64,000 bases of DNA from an uncultured delta proteobacterium (GTDB taxonomy: Bacteria > Desulfobacterota > Binatia > UBA9968): assembly GCA_963755715.1 (NCBI GenBank), contig CAVWLW010000069.1, forward strand, positions 146,890 through 210,889, in the 5' to 3' direction. Numbering within the stretch: position 1 is the first letter of the stretch; each line of letters opens with the position of its first letter. This document shows positions 29,611 through 39,718 of this stretch, piece after piece. A model generated the notes under the pieces. That model ran no database searches. It was given only the letters and a program-made list of their open reading frames with translations, and had not been told where the DNA came from. The position numbers and the translations under genes were made by a program.

Positions 29611-30520
29611 TTAGGAAGTTGCGTTGGCCGGAAAAGATTGTCTGGCGTATCCCAGCTCGCGTGAAATGAGCTCGGCGATGTGCTTTAGATCAGGCAAGAA
29701 TTTCAGCAGTTGCTTCATATTGCACAAAGATTCAACGGCGGTAAGCGCCAGAGCCGCTTCGACCCGTCCAGCCGAACTCCATACCGGTGCGGCCAATCCG
29801 ATAGTGCCCCGAATCGCTTCGCCGTCGCTCACGGCGTAACCCACGCGGCGAATTTTGTTTAGTTCGTCTTGCAACTGGCGCCGGTCCGTCAACGTGCGCT
29901 CAGTAAGTTTGTCGATCTTGGCCGTCAAAAAAAACTCCCGGAATTGTTTATCCGTTGGATAGCGGTAGGCAAGAAGCAGTTTCCCCGGCGCGCCGTGATT
30001 GCACGGCTGATGCGTGCCCACGGGAAAATTCACTTTCACCGGATCATGACCCTCCACTCGATCGAGAATAACCATCCGATCGTTTTCCAAGATTCTCAGC
30101 GAAACCAGGAGTCCAGTGATTCTATTGAGCTCGATAAGATAGGGCGATGCTCTTTCGACTAGCCGTTTCGGCGCGCCAAACACGGCCCCGGTCAATTCCC
30201 AGATCTCGGAACCGAGCTCATACTCGTAAGTGTCATCATGACAGCGCAAAAAATGCTTCCGTTCGAAAGTCTTGACCAACCTAAACACGCCGCTTTTCGG
30301 AACGTTCAAATAGCGAGCCAGTTCGGAAATCGTCCAGCGGGGCTTTTTCGGTGTAAATAGTTTTAGGAGCTCGCATGCTCTTTCTAACGTCGTCGAGGTG
30401 GCCCAAGGCGTTTTTCTGCTCGATGACTTTTACGGAGGATTTCAACCTCCGACTCGACGGGCGACTGCTGAACCGTCGCGCTCGTTGGGGTGGTTTCGCT
30501 GTTTTTGTTTTTCTGGTCAT
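29611..30520 (-). CDS. IclR family regulator (frameshift near 30403)
   Basis: TLERACELLKLF..WTISELARYLNVPKSGVFRL HTH, plus APGKLLLAY, IRRVGYAVS and LAAPV. The upstream ATG is in another frame. Confidence 0.85.
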
Positions 30521-30850
30521 GGAACGAGTGTTTTGCAGCGCCGGGCAATCATCCTCAGTTTGATATCCTTATGCAAGTGACTTGCTTCCTCAGTTTTCTT
30601 GCAGTCCCCAGACCCGTGTGATACCAGTCGCATACCGTATTATGTTTCGTAAAGATTTTCGCTACAGGAGTAGTTTGTGTATTACCGTCACAGTTTGCCG
30701 TACCGCGTGTTTACTAATTTCTTTATTCCATCGCTTTTAATAGTTTCTCTCCTGGCAGTTGAAAGACGACAATCCGAGCGCGTGTAGGTGATGCTCTTTT
30801 CCGGCCGCGTGCGCCGTTGAATAGAATATCTCCGTTAAAAAAGGAGCTCT

Positions 30851-31894
30851 ATGAGCACTCTCGATCAACCGATATTGATCGCCAACAGCAACTACCACGT
30901 CGGCCATCAAGTGGCCATTTTCGTCGCCGAAGAGCAGGGTTTTTTTCGTGAGGAGGGACTCAAAGAATACGAATATGACTCGCGCGGATTGATTCCGGGC
31001 ACGATCGAGCGCGAAGGATTAGGAGCCGCGATTAAAAATCACGGCGTTGATATTGCGACCGCCGTCGATGTCGAGGCGGCGATTTACCAGCGTTCGCTCG
31101 GAGTCGATGTCTACATCGTTGGCGGCTGGCGCTACACGCCGTTTCTCAGGTGGTACGGCGCGAAGCATGTGACAAACATGAGCAAGCTGCGCGGTGGCAG
31201 GATCGGCATGCGCGAGAAAGAAGGACTGGTCCAAACATTTATTACGGACGCGTTGCGTGAAGCGGGGGTCGATCCAGAAACTGAAGTTCAATGGGTTTAC
31301 GATCCGGTTTTCGGTTATCGCAATAACCCCAACCACATGGAGAGGCTGCGCTCGGGAAAAATCGAAGCGATCACCTCGCAGCCGCCGTTTTCCGAGCAGC
31401 TCGAAAAGGAAGGCTATCCGATGATTCTCGATCCGAATACGGTTTTTCCCCGGCGTCCGGGGAAACTCACCGTGGCGACGGAACAAATGATCGAGAAACG
31501 CGGCGACGAATTGCGCGCCTATTTTCGTGCGATCATCCGCAGTTTCTGGTTTATGCGCGACGTCAAGAATTTCGAATACCTCCGCGACCTTGAGAAAAAA
31601 CTCAGAAGATCCAACACCCACAACGAAGACGAACGCGGTGTGGTCGCCATCGTCACCGCGCCCGACCGGTTAGAAAGCTGGGCGTTGCCCATCGACGGCG
31701 GCATCGCCCCGGAAACTGTGCAACGAATCGCCGACGACATGGTGAAGTCTGGCAAACTGTCGAGGCCAATATCGGCCAAAGATATTTTGCGGGACGATGC
31801 CGTAAAACAAGCCTATCGTGAAGTCAGCGGCCGTGCCGAGCTTAAGGCACCCTTTGGAATCGCGCTAACGGCTCAGGAGAAATACGGATTCTAG
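30851..31894 (+). CDS. NMT1/SsuA-fold protein without signal peptide
   Basis: IFVAEEQGFFREEGL, LRGGRIG and LRSGKIEA. RBS AAGGAG. Confidence 0.8.
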   Translation: MSTLDQPILIANSNYHVGHQVAIFVAEEQGFFREEGLKEYEYDSRGLIPGTIEREGLGAAIKNHGVDIATAVDVEAAIYQRSLGVDVYIVGGWRYTPFLRWYGAKHVTNMSKLRGGRIGMREKEGLVQTFITDALREAGVDPETEVQWVYDPVFGYRNNPNHMERLRSGKIEAITSQPPFSEQLEKEGYPMILDPNTVFPRRPGKLTVATEQMIEKRGDELRAYFRAIIRSFWFMRDVKNFEYLRDLEKKLRRSNTHNEDERGVVAIVTAPDRLESWALPIDGGIAPETVQRIADDMVKSGKLSRPISAKDILRDDAVKQAYREVSGRAELKAPFGIALTAQEKYGF

Positions 31895-31902
31895 GAACGA
31901 CT

Positions 31903-32904
31903 ATGAGCACCGATTCAAAATTCGACCATCGAAGCGCTGCCGCGCGATTACTATTAACGATGGTTCTGGTTCTTAACCTTGCTTTACCAAGTCCGTCGTT
32001 CGCTTTGGACGAAGTCAATCTCCACATATCGGCCGGCATCAGCGGCAACGCCTTGCTCTATAAATTCGCCATCGAAAAAGGCTTCTACCGCGAAGAAGGC
32101 CTCGATGTTCGACCGATTCAGGCGGGAATGTTGGCTGGCATTCAGGGACTGGTGGGTGGCAGTTTTCATTTCAGTCAGATTCTCGGCCAAGGTGCCGGCG
32201 CCATTCTCAGAGGCGTCCCTCTGAAGATCGTGATGGTCTTCGACACTCGCCCGCTCAACTGGCTGTTCGCGCGCAAAGAAATCAAATCGCTGCAAGATCT
32301 GAAGGGCGGCAAGCAGATCGCCGTCTCAAGCTTCGGCGCCGCACTCGATCAAATGACCCGCGACCTGCTGCCTAAACGCGGCATCGATCCGCAAAAAGAT
32401 GTGGTCCTGCGTGCTATCGAGCCGACGCCGGCCAGACTCGCCGCGTTGATGAGCGCCGCCGTCGACGCCGCGGTGGTCAACCAGATGGACCGCATCATCG
32501 CGAAGAAGAACGGTTTCACCGAGTTGCTCTTCTACGGCGACGATTTAGAATTCGTCACCGCGGGCGCCGTGACGACTGAAAAACTTCTGGCTCAGAGACC
32601 CGATTTCGTGCAGCGCTTTCTCCGCGGTACGCTCAAAGGTTTTCACTGGCTGAAGACCAACGAGAAAGACGTGGTCGCCCGTATGATTCCGATCATGAAG
32701 GTTTCGGAGAGCGAAACTACCGACGTCTATAGAGCATGGCCGGGTGTGATGTCCGTCGACGGCACCATTCCGCGGAGCCTCCAGGAAAAAATGATCGCCT
32801 TTCAAAGAAAGTCGCTCAAGGTCGACCGCGAGGTGCTTCCGGAAAACGTCTATGACTTCACGATGGTTCGAACGCTCAACGAAGAGCTGAGGAAAACCAG
32901 GTGA
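31903..32904 (+). CDS. ABC substrate-binding protein, NMT1/SsuA type
   Basis: Signal peptide ending SFA, AIEKGFYREEGL and IKSLQDLKG. Confidence 0.85.
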   Translation: MSTDSKFDHRSAAARLLLTMVLVLNLALPSPSFALDEVNLHISAGISGNALLYKFAIEKGFYREEGLDVRPIQAGMLAGIQGLVGGSFHFSQILGQGAGAILRGVPLKIVMVFDTRPLNWLFARKEIKSLQDLKGGKQIAVSSFGAALDQMTRDLLPKRGIDPQKDVVLRAIEPTPARLAALMSAAVDAAVVNQMDRIIAKKNGFTELLFYGDDLEFVTAGAVTTEKLLAQRPDFVQRFLRGTLKGFHWLKTNEKDVVARMIPIMKVSESETTDVYRAWPGVMSVDGTIPRSLQEKMIAFQRKSLKVDREVLPENVYDFTMVRTLNEELRKTR

Positions 32905-33064
32905 GCCCCTATTTAACTTAACAATCTGGAGCCGCAATAAAGATAGCGACACCCCAATGGAGTAAAGGATTTGAGCGGCGCCAAAATTCGCTGTTTAATC
33001 AATCATGGGTTGCGAACGGCGAAATGATGCGTGCGGCGCGGATCTGGATGGATTGACGGCGGAG

Positions 33065-34495
33065 TTAATTTAGACCCATTTCGGTTCGTTTGAATTCATC
33101 GATCTTGATTTCGTGTTTTCTTAACAATTCATAAAAATCCGTGCGCGATTTCCCGGCCAGCTTTGCTGCCTCACTTGCCTTTCCACCGCAAAGCTTCAGC
33201 AGATGGAGCAGATATTCCTTTTCGAATTCATACTTGGCCGTCTTATAGGACTTGACCGAGGTCTTCGTGCCGTTGATAAAGGAATTCAAAACGTCCGGCC
33301 GCGTGTTCCCAGCCGCGCCCTTTATCAGGATCGTATCTTCCGTCAGCGTATCGTGACGGGTCATAGCGATCGCATATTCCAAGGTATTTTCCAGCTCGCG
33401 GACGTTTCCCGGCCAATCGTAGAGCATGAGCTTTTGCATGGCTTCCGGCGTGATGCCCTTGAGGTCCTTGCGCATCTGCTGGGAAATCTGCTTCAGGAAC
33501 CGGTCCGCCAATAGCGGAATATCTTCCTTCCGTTCGCGCAACGGCGGCAAATGAATTGGGATGACGTGAAGCCGATAAAACAAGTCGAGACGAAAGCTCC
33601 CCTTCGCCACCTCCTGTTCCAAATCCTTATTGGTGGCGACGATGATGCGAACATTAACCACAACCGGCTTTTCGCTTCCAACCGGATAGAACTGACGATC
33701 TTGCAACATGCGCAGCAGCTTGGCCTGGATCGATAGCGGCATGTCACCGACCTCGTCGAGAAAAAACGTGCCGTTGTTGGCTTGGCTCAATAGGCCGCGG
33801 GTGCTCTTATCGGCGCCGGTGAAAGACCCTTTTTCGTGCCCAAACAGCTCGCTTTCCAAGAGCGGCTCTGGTAAAGCGGCGCAATTCACGGCGACAAAAG
33901 GCTTATCTCGCCGGCTGCTCGCCAAATGAATCGCCTTGGCGATTACTTCTTTTCCCGTGCCGCTTTCCCCTTGTAAATAGATCGTCGATTCGGTATCGGC
34001 GATCCGCGAGACGGTATCGAGCACGGTGCGCATCTTGGCGCTTTTTGCGATCACGTTAGGAAAGTCGTAGGCTTGCTCCAAAAGCCCTCTTAAGCGTTGA
34101 ATTTCGGTATTGAGCCGACGATTTTCCAGTGCCCGCGAGATCTGCAGCAAGAGCTCCTGTGTGTTAAAAGGTTTGGTCAGGTAACTGTAAGCGCCCTCCT
34201 GCATAGCCTGGACCGCGCTTTCGACGCTGCCGTAGCCGGTCAGGATGATGACCCGCAAGTCAGGATTGATCTTGTGCAACTCGCGCATCAGCGAGATACC
34301 ATCCTGGTCTGCAAGTCGCAAATCCAGCACACAGAGATCGAATATGTTTTGCTTCGCTGCTTGCAGCGCGTCGACGCCGCTCGAAGCCGATGTGACCTCG
34401 TACCCCCCGGAATGTAACTTCAGACCGATGAGCTCAATAAGATTTTGATCGTCATCTACGACGAGGATATTACCCGCTGACATGTTGGATCCCAC
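33065..34495 (-). CDS. sigma54-dependent response regulator (GlrR-like)
   Basis: Receiver domain, GESGTGKE, ESELFGHEKGSFTGA, FLDE and WPGNVRELEN. HTH AAKLAGKSRTDFYELL resembles the GlrR HTH. Confidence 0.92.
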   Translation of the reverse strand: MGSNMSAGNILVVDDDQNLIELIGLKLHSGGYEVTSASSGVDALQAAKQNIFDLCVLDLRLADQDGISLMRELHKINPDLRVIILTGYGSVESAVQAMQEGAYSYLTKPFNTQELLLQISRALENRRLNTEIQRLRGLLEQAYDFPNVIAKSAKMRTVLDTVSRIADTESTIYLQGESGTGKEVIAKAIHLASSRRDKPFVAVNCAALPEPLLESELFGHEKGSFTGADKSTRGLLSQANNGTFFLDEVGDMPLSIQAKLLRMLQDRQFYPVGSEKPVVVNVRIIVATNKDLEQEVAKGSFRLDLFYRLHVIPIHLPPLRERKEDIPLLADRFLKQISQQMRKDLKGITPEAMQKLMLYDWPGNVRELENTLEYAIAMTRHDTLTEDTILIKGAAGNTRPDVLNSFINGTKTSVKSYKTAKYEFEKEYLLHLLKLCGGKASEAAKLAGKSRTDFYELLRKHEIKIDEFKRTEMGLN

Positions 34496-34735
34496 TCTTA
34501 AAATTACGGAGTCTATCGCCGGTTTCTATAGATCGCTAAATTTTTGCTGGCAGGGCAATCCCGCACCTTTTGCTGTTTGATTAAAGCTCAAAAAAGAAGA
34601 AATTCCCTGCCTCTTTGTTAGGAAAATAGCCACCAATTTGGGGCTCTCATATCGCTTTTTATTACATCTAACAAGTACAGCAAAATTCTAACCAGATGAA
34701 CTGACATACTTGTGACCAATTGGCGGATGGTGGGA

Positions 34736-34798
34736 AATTTTCTGACAGGCAAAACATCTGTCAGAAAATTCACATCTACCTGTGGAAAAACCCCTACA
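34736..34798. promoter_or_regulatory. Candidate enhancer (UAS) array
   Basis: Perfect 13-bp inverted repeat AATTTTCTGACAG-N9-CTGTCAGAAAATT plus TGTG-N10-TACA at 34781-34798. Confidence 0.6.
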
Positions 34799-34867
34799 AA
34801 ATTTCTGCCAAATATTTTTTCGCACCAAAAAACCTTTATTTATTGCCCGCCAAAAATCTGTCATCTT

Positions 34868-34882
34868 TGGCACATTCTTTGT
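34868..34882 (+). promoter_or_regulatory. Probable sigma54 promoter (variant -12)
   Basis: TGGCACATTCTTTGT (GG-N10-GT) downstream of an AT-rich spacer and the UAS. Confidence 0.5.
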
Positions 34883-35080
34883 GTAGCGAATAACCAACCA
34901 ACAAGCCCTCACAAGAACCGCTGATGAATCTGAGAAACCGAACCGCTTCGCTGCCTTTGATTTCCCCAACGTTTTTCGTTTCTTGTGAAAACAACATACC
35001 AGCGATGATGGTGGCGACCGGGTGCCTGAGATGATTCTGTGCCCCCCGGCCAGATCTTAATACGAAACCGAGGGAATAAA

Positions 35081-36202
35081 ATGCCGCAAAACCGCAACAG
35101 GCGTGACGATTATGCAGCATGTCAGAAGAACCGCAGCGGCGACCCTGTAAGCTGCGCATTGATTCTGGCGGGCGGAGAAGGAAAACGGCTACGCCCTTTT
35201 GTCCATCTTTTGCGCGGAGACTTACTGCCGAAGCAGTATGTCAATTTCATTGGCCGGCGTTCGATGCTGGAGCACACGCTGGATCGGGCCGAAAGGCTTG
35301 TGCCCGGTGAGCGGGTTTTTACAATCATAAACCGCAACCATCTGATCTTTCCGGAAGTGACTCGGCAAGTCGCGGCCCGGCATCGCGGTACAGTGATCGT
35401 GCAACCTGAAAATAAGGAAACCGCGCCGGGAATCCTGTTTTCCCTTGTCCATATCGCCAAGCGTTACCCGGACTCGATTGTCACTTTGCTGCCTTCGGAC
35501 CACTTCGTTCTGGAAGAGGACCAACTGCTAACTTACTTGAGCACGGCTTACCATGCGGTCAAGCGCGATCCTTCACGCATCGTGCTTTTGGGGATCGAGC
35601 CGGACGGCAATGAGTCGGACTACGGCTACATAGTTCCTGGGAGTAAAATGAAGCGCGGCGGTAATGCCGTTTTCCAGATTTCGTCATTCATCGAAAAGCC
35701 GGATTACCGAACGGCCCAAGAGCTGGCGCACAGCGGAGCGCTGTGGAATACCATGATGATGGTCTTTAAAACCACCACGCTGATGAGTTTAATCAAGGAA
35801 ATTTCGCCCTTGTTTTTTGGGGTTTTTCAAACGATCTCTGACGCGATTGAAACCGTCGACGAAGAAGCGGTTATCGAGCAGATTTATCAGGAGCTGCCGC
35901 CGCTCAATTTCTCCCACGACATCATGGAGCCGCTGGCGCGCTCGCATTCAGCGAACCTTCTAACTCTGCCGGTGCAAAACGTTTTATGGAGCGACTGGGG
36001 CTCGGAGAGCCGGATCATGGAGATCCTCAGACAGACAGGCTATGACACCAGGCTCAACGGTCTAACCAGGGCGCCTCACTTAACCGGCGAATCCGCATAT
36101 GGACCGCATTCGTTTGTCGATATCCCGAAAGTGCTTTTCACCCAGGCAGAAAGCCTAGGGACGCGCCGCAAGGCAGCCAGCTCGTTATCGAAGGCACTGT
36201 AA
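35081..36202 (+). CDS. Sugar-phosphate nucleotidyltransferase (mannose-1-P guanylyltransferase-like, no isomerase domain)
   Basis: ILAGGEGKRL, PKQY, QPENKETAPG, LPSDH, YGYI, FIEKP and WSDWG motifs. Confidence 0.85.
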   Translation: MPQNRNRRDDYAACQKNRSGDPVSCALILAGGEGKRLRPFVHLLRGDLLPKQYVNFIGRRSMLEHTLDRAERLVPGERVFTIINRNHLIFPEVTRQVAARHRGTVIVQPENKETAPGILFSLVHIAKRYPDSIVTLLPSDHFVLEEDQLLTYLSTAYHAVKRDPSRIVLLGIEPDGNESDYGYIVPGSKMKRGGNAVFQISSFIEKPDYRTAQELAHSGALWNTMMMVFKTTTLMSLIKEISPLFFGVFQTISDAIETVDEEAVIEQIYQELPPLNFSHDIMEPLARSHSANLLTLPVQNVLWSDWGSESRIMEILRQTGYDTRLNGLTRAPHLTGESAYGPHSFVDIPKVLFTQAESLGTRRKAASSLSKAL

Positions 36203-36412
36203 GCGCCGCCCTAGGGACGACAACGGCTCGAAGAGGCTTGGGTTCTTGGGCTGGGACTGGTGCTGCTAATTATTATCGTTCTGTTAGTGGCGGGCTGGCT
36301 GTGAGCGTGGGTGCGCCTAGAAATCATTTTTTTATAAAGCTTATAGTCGTAAACCCTGGCAGTCTACGAATCCGTATTTACCCAATAGAATTCGTTCAGA
36401 TCAGGACGGTTT

Positions 36413-36697
36413 ATGTCCACCCGAAGCCAACCTTCGACCCTATGGATAACAGTAGCGTCCGCTTTGTTGGCGATTCTTCTCTCGAGCAGCGGCTGCGCAT
36501 CCCTGACCAATCAGAGTACCGCTGAATACTTTGATAACCATAACCTCACACTACGGCAGCGGTGAGAGCCCTGCCCAATTCTAAAGTCTCAAATTCGGTA
36601 ATGCGCGCGCCGGCCCGGCCGCGCCGCGGAGAGCTGCGCGAGCAAATGTGCGGTGTTGCGTCGGTTATTGCTTGCCTGGCGTACGGATCCAATGATA
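36413..36697 (+). pseudogene. Decayed BON-domain (OsmY-like) lipoprotein
   Basis: MSTRSQPSTLWITVASALLAILLSSSG-CASLTNQSTAEYFDN, frameshift, then TAAVRA...RGELREQMCGVASVIACL. Confidence 0.5.
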
Positions 36698-36823
36698 GAA
36701 AACTGACGGCGATATCGGCGGCGCTTTCTTACCTATCGCACCCCGGAAAACAATGGAATCACATCTTCGAGCAAAGCTCACGCCTGCCCAAATTTGTATC
36801 GGAAAGCGATCGAGAATTGACTT

Positions 36824-37198
36824 ATGAGCGAAGCCAATAATGCCCACTCAATATTGATCGTCGATGACGAAGAAAATCTCTTGGTGCTGCTCGATCGCAT
36901 CCTCAGCAAAGAAGGTTACGCGGTCCGCACGGCCCATGACAGCCATCAGGCTCTCGATTTGATTGCGAACCATCAGTTTCGCGCGGCGATTCTCGATATC
37001 AAGATGTTTCCGATCGACGGTGTGACTTTGCTGGGCATGATTAAAGCCCGTGTGCCGGCGATCCGGGTCGTCATGATCACCGCTTACCCTACGACGGACA
37101 GCCGCGCTGAGTCCATGCAGAAAGGCGCGGCGGCCTACCTCACGAAACCGTTGGACATCGTCGAGTTTAAGCGCGTCCTGCGCGAGCTGACCAATTAG
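36824..37198 (+). CDS. Single-domain response regulator
   Basis: ILIVDDE, LDIKM, MITAY and YLTKP motifs. Confidence 0.92.
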   Translation: MSEANNAHSILIVDDEENLLVLLDRILSKEGYAVRTAHDSHQALDLIANHQFRAAILDIKMFPIDGVTLLGMIKARVPAIRVVMITAYPTTDSRAESMQKGAAAYLTKPLDIVEFKRVLRELTN

Positions 37199-37279
37199 AC
37201 AAAAGCCGTGCGTTGCTGGTCTGATCTCACCTGCTGGAAAAACAGACGTCGTTTTTGACTCCCTACGGTTAACACGACG

Positions 37280-39661
37280 ATGAAACAAATCCCCAATCAA
37301 ATTTTGATGGCAGTGCTCGCCTCGATCGTCGGGCTGCTCGTCACAAACGCGTGGTTGGGCTACGAAAACATCGAACAAATGCGCCAGGGGAGTTTGGCCG
37401 CTTCGCGCAATCGCAGCATCATCGTGGCGCTCGAGAATACTATTTCGCTGGTCACCGAAGCCGAATCCGGACAGCGCGGCTACTTGATTACAGGAGAACC
37501 GGAATACCTGGAGCCTTATCGAAAAGCCCTCGCGAATATCGACGGCCAAATCAAATTTCTCGAACACGCCACCGCGAACAATCCCGTTCAGCGGACGCGC
37601 ATTCCAGAGCTCAAGCGCCGCCTCGAAACCAGAATTCAACAATTGCAACAAAGGGTCGAGGCGCGCGCCAGCGAAGGCCTCGACGCCGGTCGCCAAGCGA
37701 TCTTACTCAATCGCGGCAAAGTCGAGATGGACGATCTCCGCCAACACGTGGCCGAGATGGTGAGAATCGAAAGCGAGATCCGTGACGCCAGCGTGCAGCG
37801 CTCGGCGCGTAATTATAATGTCGCGCTCTCGAGCAGCCTGATTGGCGATGCGGTGGCCATGCTTATGGTTGCCGCCTTCATTTACCTGTTGGGGCGCCAC
37901 TTGAGAGAGCGCAAAAGGACTGAAGCCGTTATTCACGAGCAGCGCGAGCTCTTCCGCACGACCATTTCGAGCATCGGCGATGCAGTGCTGACCACCGACA
38001 CCGATGGACGAGTGAAATCGCTAAACCGGATTGCACAATCATTGACGGGCTGGACCGAGGAAGCTGCGCTCGGACAAGATCTAAAGACCGTGTTTCCGAT
38101 TGTCAATGAGCAAACGAACATACCCGCCGAAAATCCTGCGGCCCGGGTGCTGCGCGGAGGAACAATCGTCGGCTTGGCCAACCACACGATTCTCGTCGCA
38201 AGAGATGGCAGCAGGCGTCCCATCGACGACAGCGCCGCGCCGATCCGAGACGCCAGCGGCAACGTCCTCGGCGCGGTGATGGTGTTTAGAGATGTATCCG
38301 AACGAAGAAAGACCGAGGCGGCGGTGCAAGCGGAGGCCCACACGCTCGCCACGCTGAACCGAGTCGGCCGCACGGTAGCGGCGGAGCTCGACCTCGAAAG
38401 AGTCGTCCAGGTCGTCACCGATGCGGCGACGGAGCTTTGCGGCGCGGCGTTCGGCGCATTTTTCTACAACGCGATCGGCGAAAAGGGCGAGTCATATCTT
38501 CTCTATGCGCTTTCAGGCGCGCCGCGCGAGGCTTTTGAAAAATTCGGCACGCCGCGCAATACAGCGGTCTTCGCGCCGACGTTTAGAGGCGAAGGATTGG
38601 TTCGCGTCGCCGATATTACCAAGGACCCGCGCTACGGCCATAACTGGCCCCACAAAGGCATGCCGGAAGGCCACCTGCCAGTGCGCAGTTATCTTGCCGC
38701 GCCAGTAGTGTCGCGCTCGGGTAAAGTGATCGGCGGGCTTTTTTTCGGACACCCCGACATCGATGTTTTTACCGAGCGTGCCGAGCGCATCATCGCGGGT
38801 ATCGCTGCCCAGGCCGCTATCGCGATCGATAATGCGTACGTCTACCAGGCGGCGCAGAAAGAGATCGAGCAGAGGGCTCGCGCCGAAGAGGCCCTGCGCC
38901 GAAGCGAAGATAAATTTCGCCGCCAGGCCGAAGAGCTGGAACGCCAACTGATTGCCTCGGGCCGTCTCGTTTCCGTGGGCGAAATCACCGCGTCTATGGC
39001 GCACGAGTTTAACAATCCACTCGGGATCATTTTAGGATTCGCCGAAGAAGTGCGCAGCGAACTGCCGCCGGGCGATCACAATCACAGAGCGTTGTTGATT
39101 ATCGAGGAAGAGACCCGGCGCTGCCAAAAAATCATTCAGGAGTTGCTTCAGTTCACGCGCCCGACCGGCCCGGAACCGGCTTGGACAAATATTCGTGAGA
39201 CGGTGGAAAAATCACTCGCCCTCGTCGCCAACCATTTGTACAAGCAAAAGATCGACTTGCACATGGGATTTGATGTCGAATTCCCGCAGATTTACATCGA
39301 CGCAAAACAACTGGAACAGGTCCTAGTCAATCTCTATCTCAACGCCATTGCCGCGATGCCGAATGGCGGCAACCTCTGGGTTAACACTAAAATCGATTCG
39401 CCCATTGACGGCGCACCGACAGGCGTCATAGAAGTCAAGGACACGGGGAGCGGCATCGAGCCGCATGATTTGCCCAAGATTTTTGAACCTTTTTTTACGG
39501 CGAAAAAGCGCACGGGCTTGGGCCTGGGGCTTTCCGTCTGCGAGCGCATCGTGAAGAATCACGGCGGGCGCATCGAAGCCGCAAGTCAACCGGGGGAAGG
39601 AACCCAAGTCACGGTTCATTTGCCCGTAGAGCGGAAGGCCGCAATGATTGATCCTGGATGA
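37280..39661 (+). CDS. Sensor histidine kinase (CHASE3-PAS-GAF-HisKA-HATPase)
   Basis: AESGQRGYLITGEPEYLEPY, two TM helices, AHEFNNPL, VNLYLNA, DTGSGI and GLGLGL. Confidence 0.92.
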   Translation: MKQIPNQILMAVLASIVGLLVTNAWLGYENIEQMRQGSLAASRNRSIIVALENTISLVTEAESGQRGYLITGEPEYLEPYRKALANIDGQIKFLEHATANNPVQRTRIPELKRRLETRIQQLQQRVEARASEGLDAGRQAILLNRGKVEMDDLRQHVAEMVRIESEIRDASVQRSARNYNVALSSSLIGDAVAMLMVAAFIYLLGRHLRERKRTEAVIHEQRELFRTTISSIGDAVLTTDTDGRVKSLNRIAQSLTGWTEEAALGQDLKTVFPIVNEQTNIPAENPAARVLRGGTIVGLANHTILVARDGSRRPIDDSAAPIRDASGNVLGAVMVFRDVSERRKTEAAVQAEAHTLATLNRVGRTVAAELDLERVVQVVTDAATELCGAAFGAFFYNAIGEKGESYLLYALSGAPREAFEKFGTPRNTAVFAPTFRGEGLVRVADITKDPRYGHNWPHKGMPEGHLPVRSYLAAPVVSRSGKVIGGLFFGHPDIDVFTERAERIIAGIAAQAAIAIDNAYVYQAAQKEIEQRARAEEALRRSEDKFRRQAEELERQLIASGRLVSVGEITASMAHEFNNPLGIILGFAEEVRSELPPGDHNHRALLIIEEETRRCQKIIQELLQFTRPTGPEPAWTNIRETVEKSLALVANHLYKQKIDLHMGFDVEFPQIYIDAKQLEQVLVNLYLNAIAAMPNGGNLWVNTKIDSPIDGAPTGVIEVKDTGSGIEPHDLPKIFEPFFTAKKRTGLGLGLSVCERIVKNHGGRIEAASQPGEGTQVTVHLPVERKAAMIDPG

Positions 39662-39718
39662 ATCAACCCCGACGCCTGCAGCGCTGCCAATCCATGGCGC
39701 TGGAGGCAAATTCTAAGC

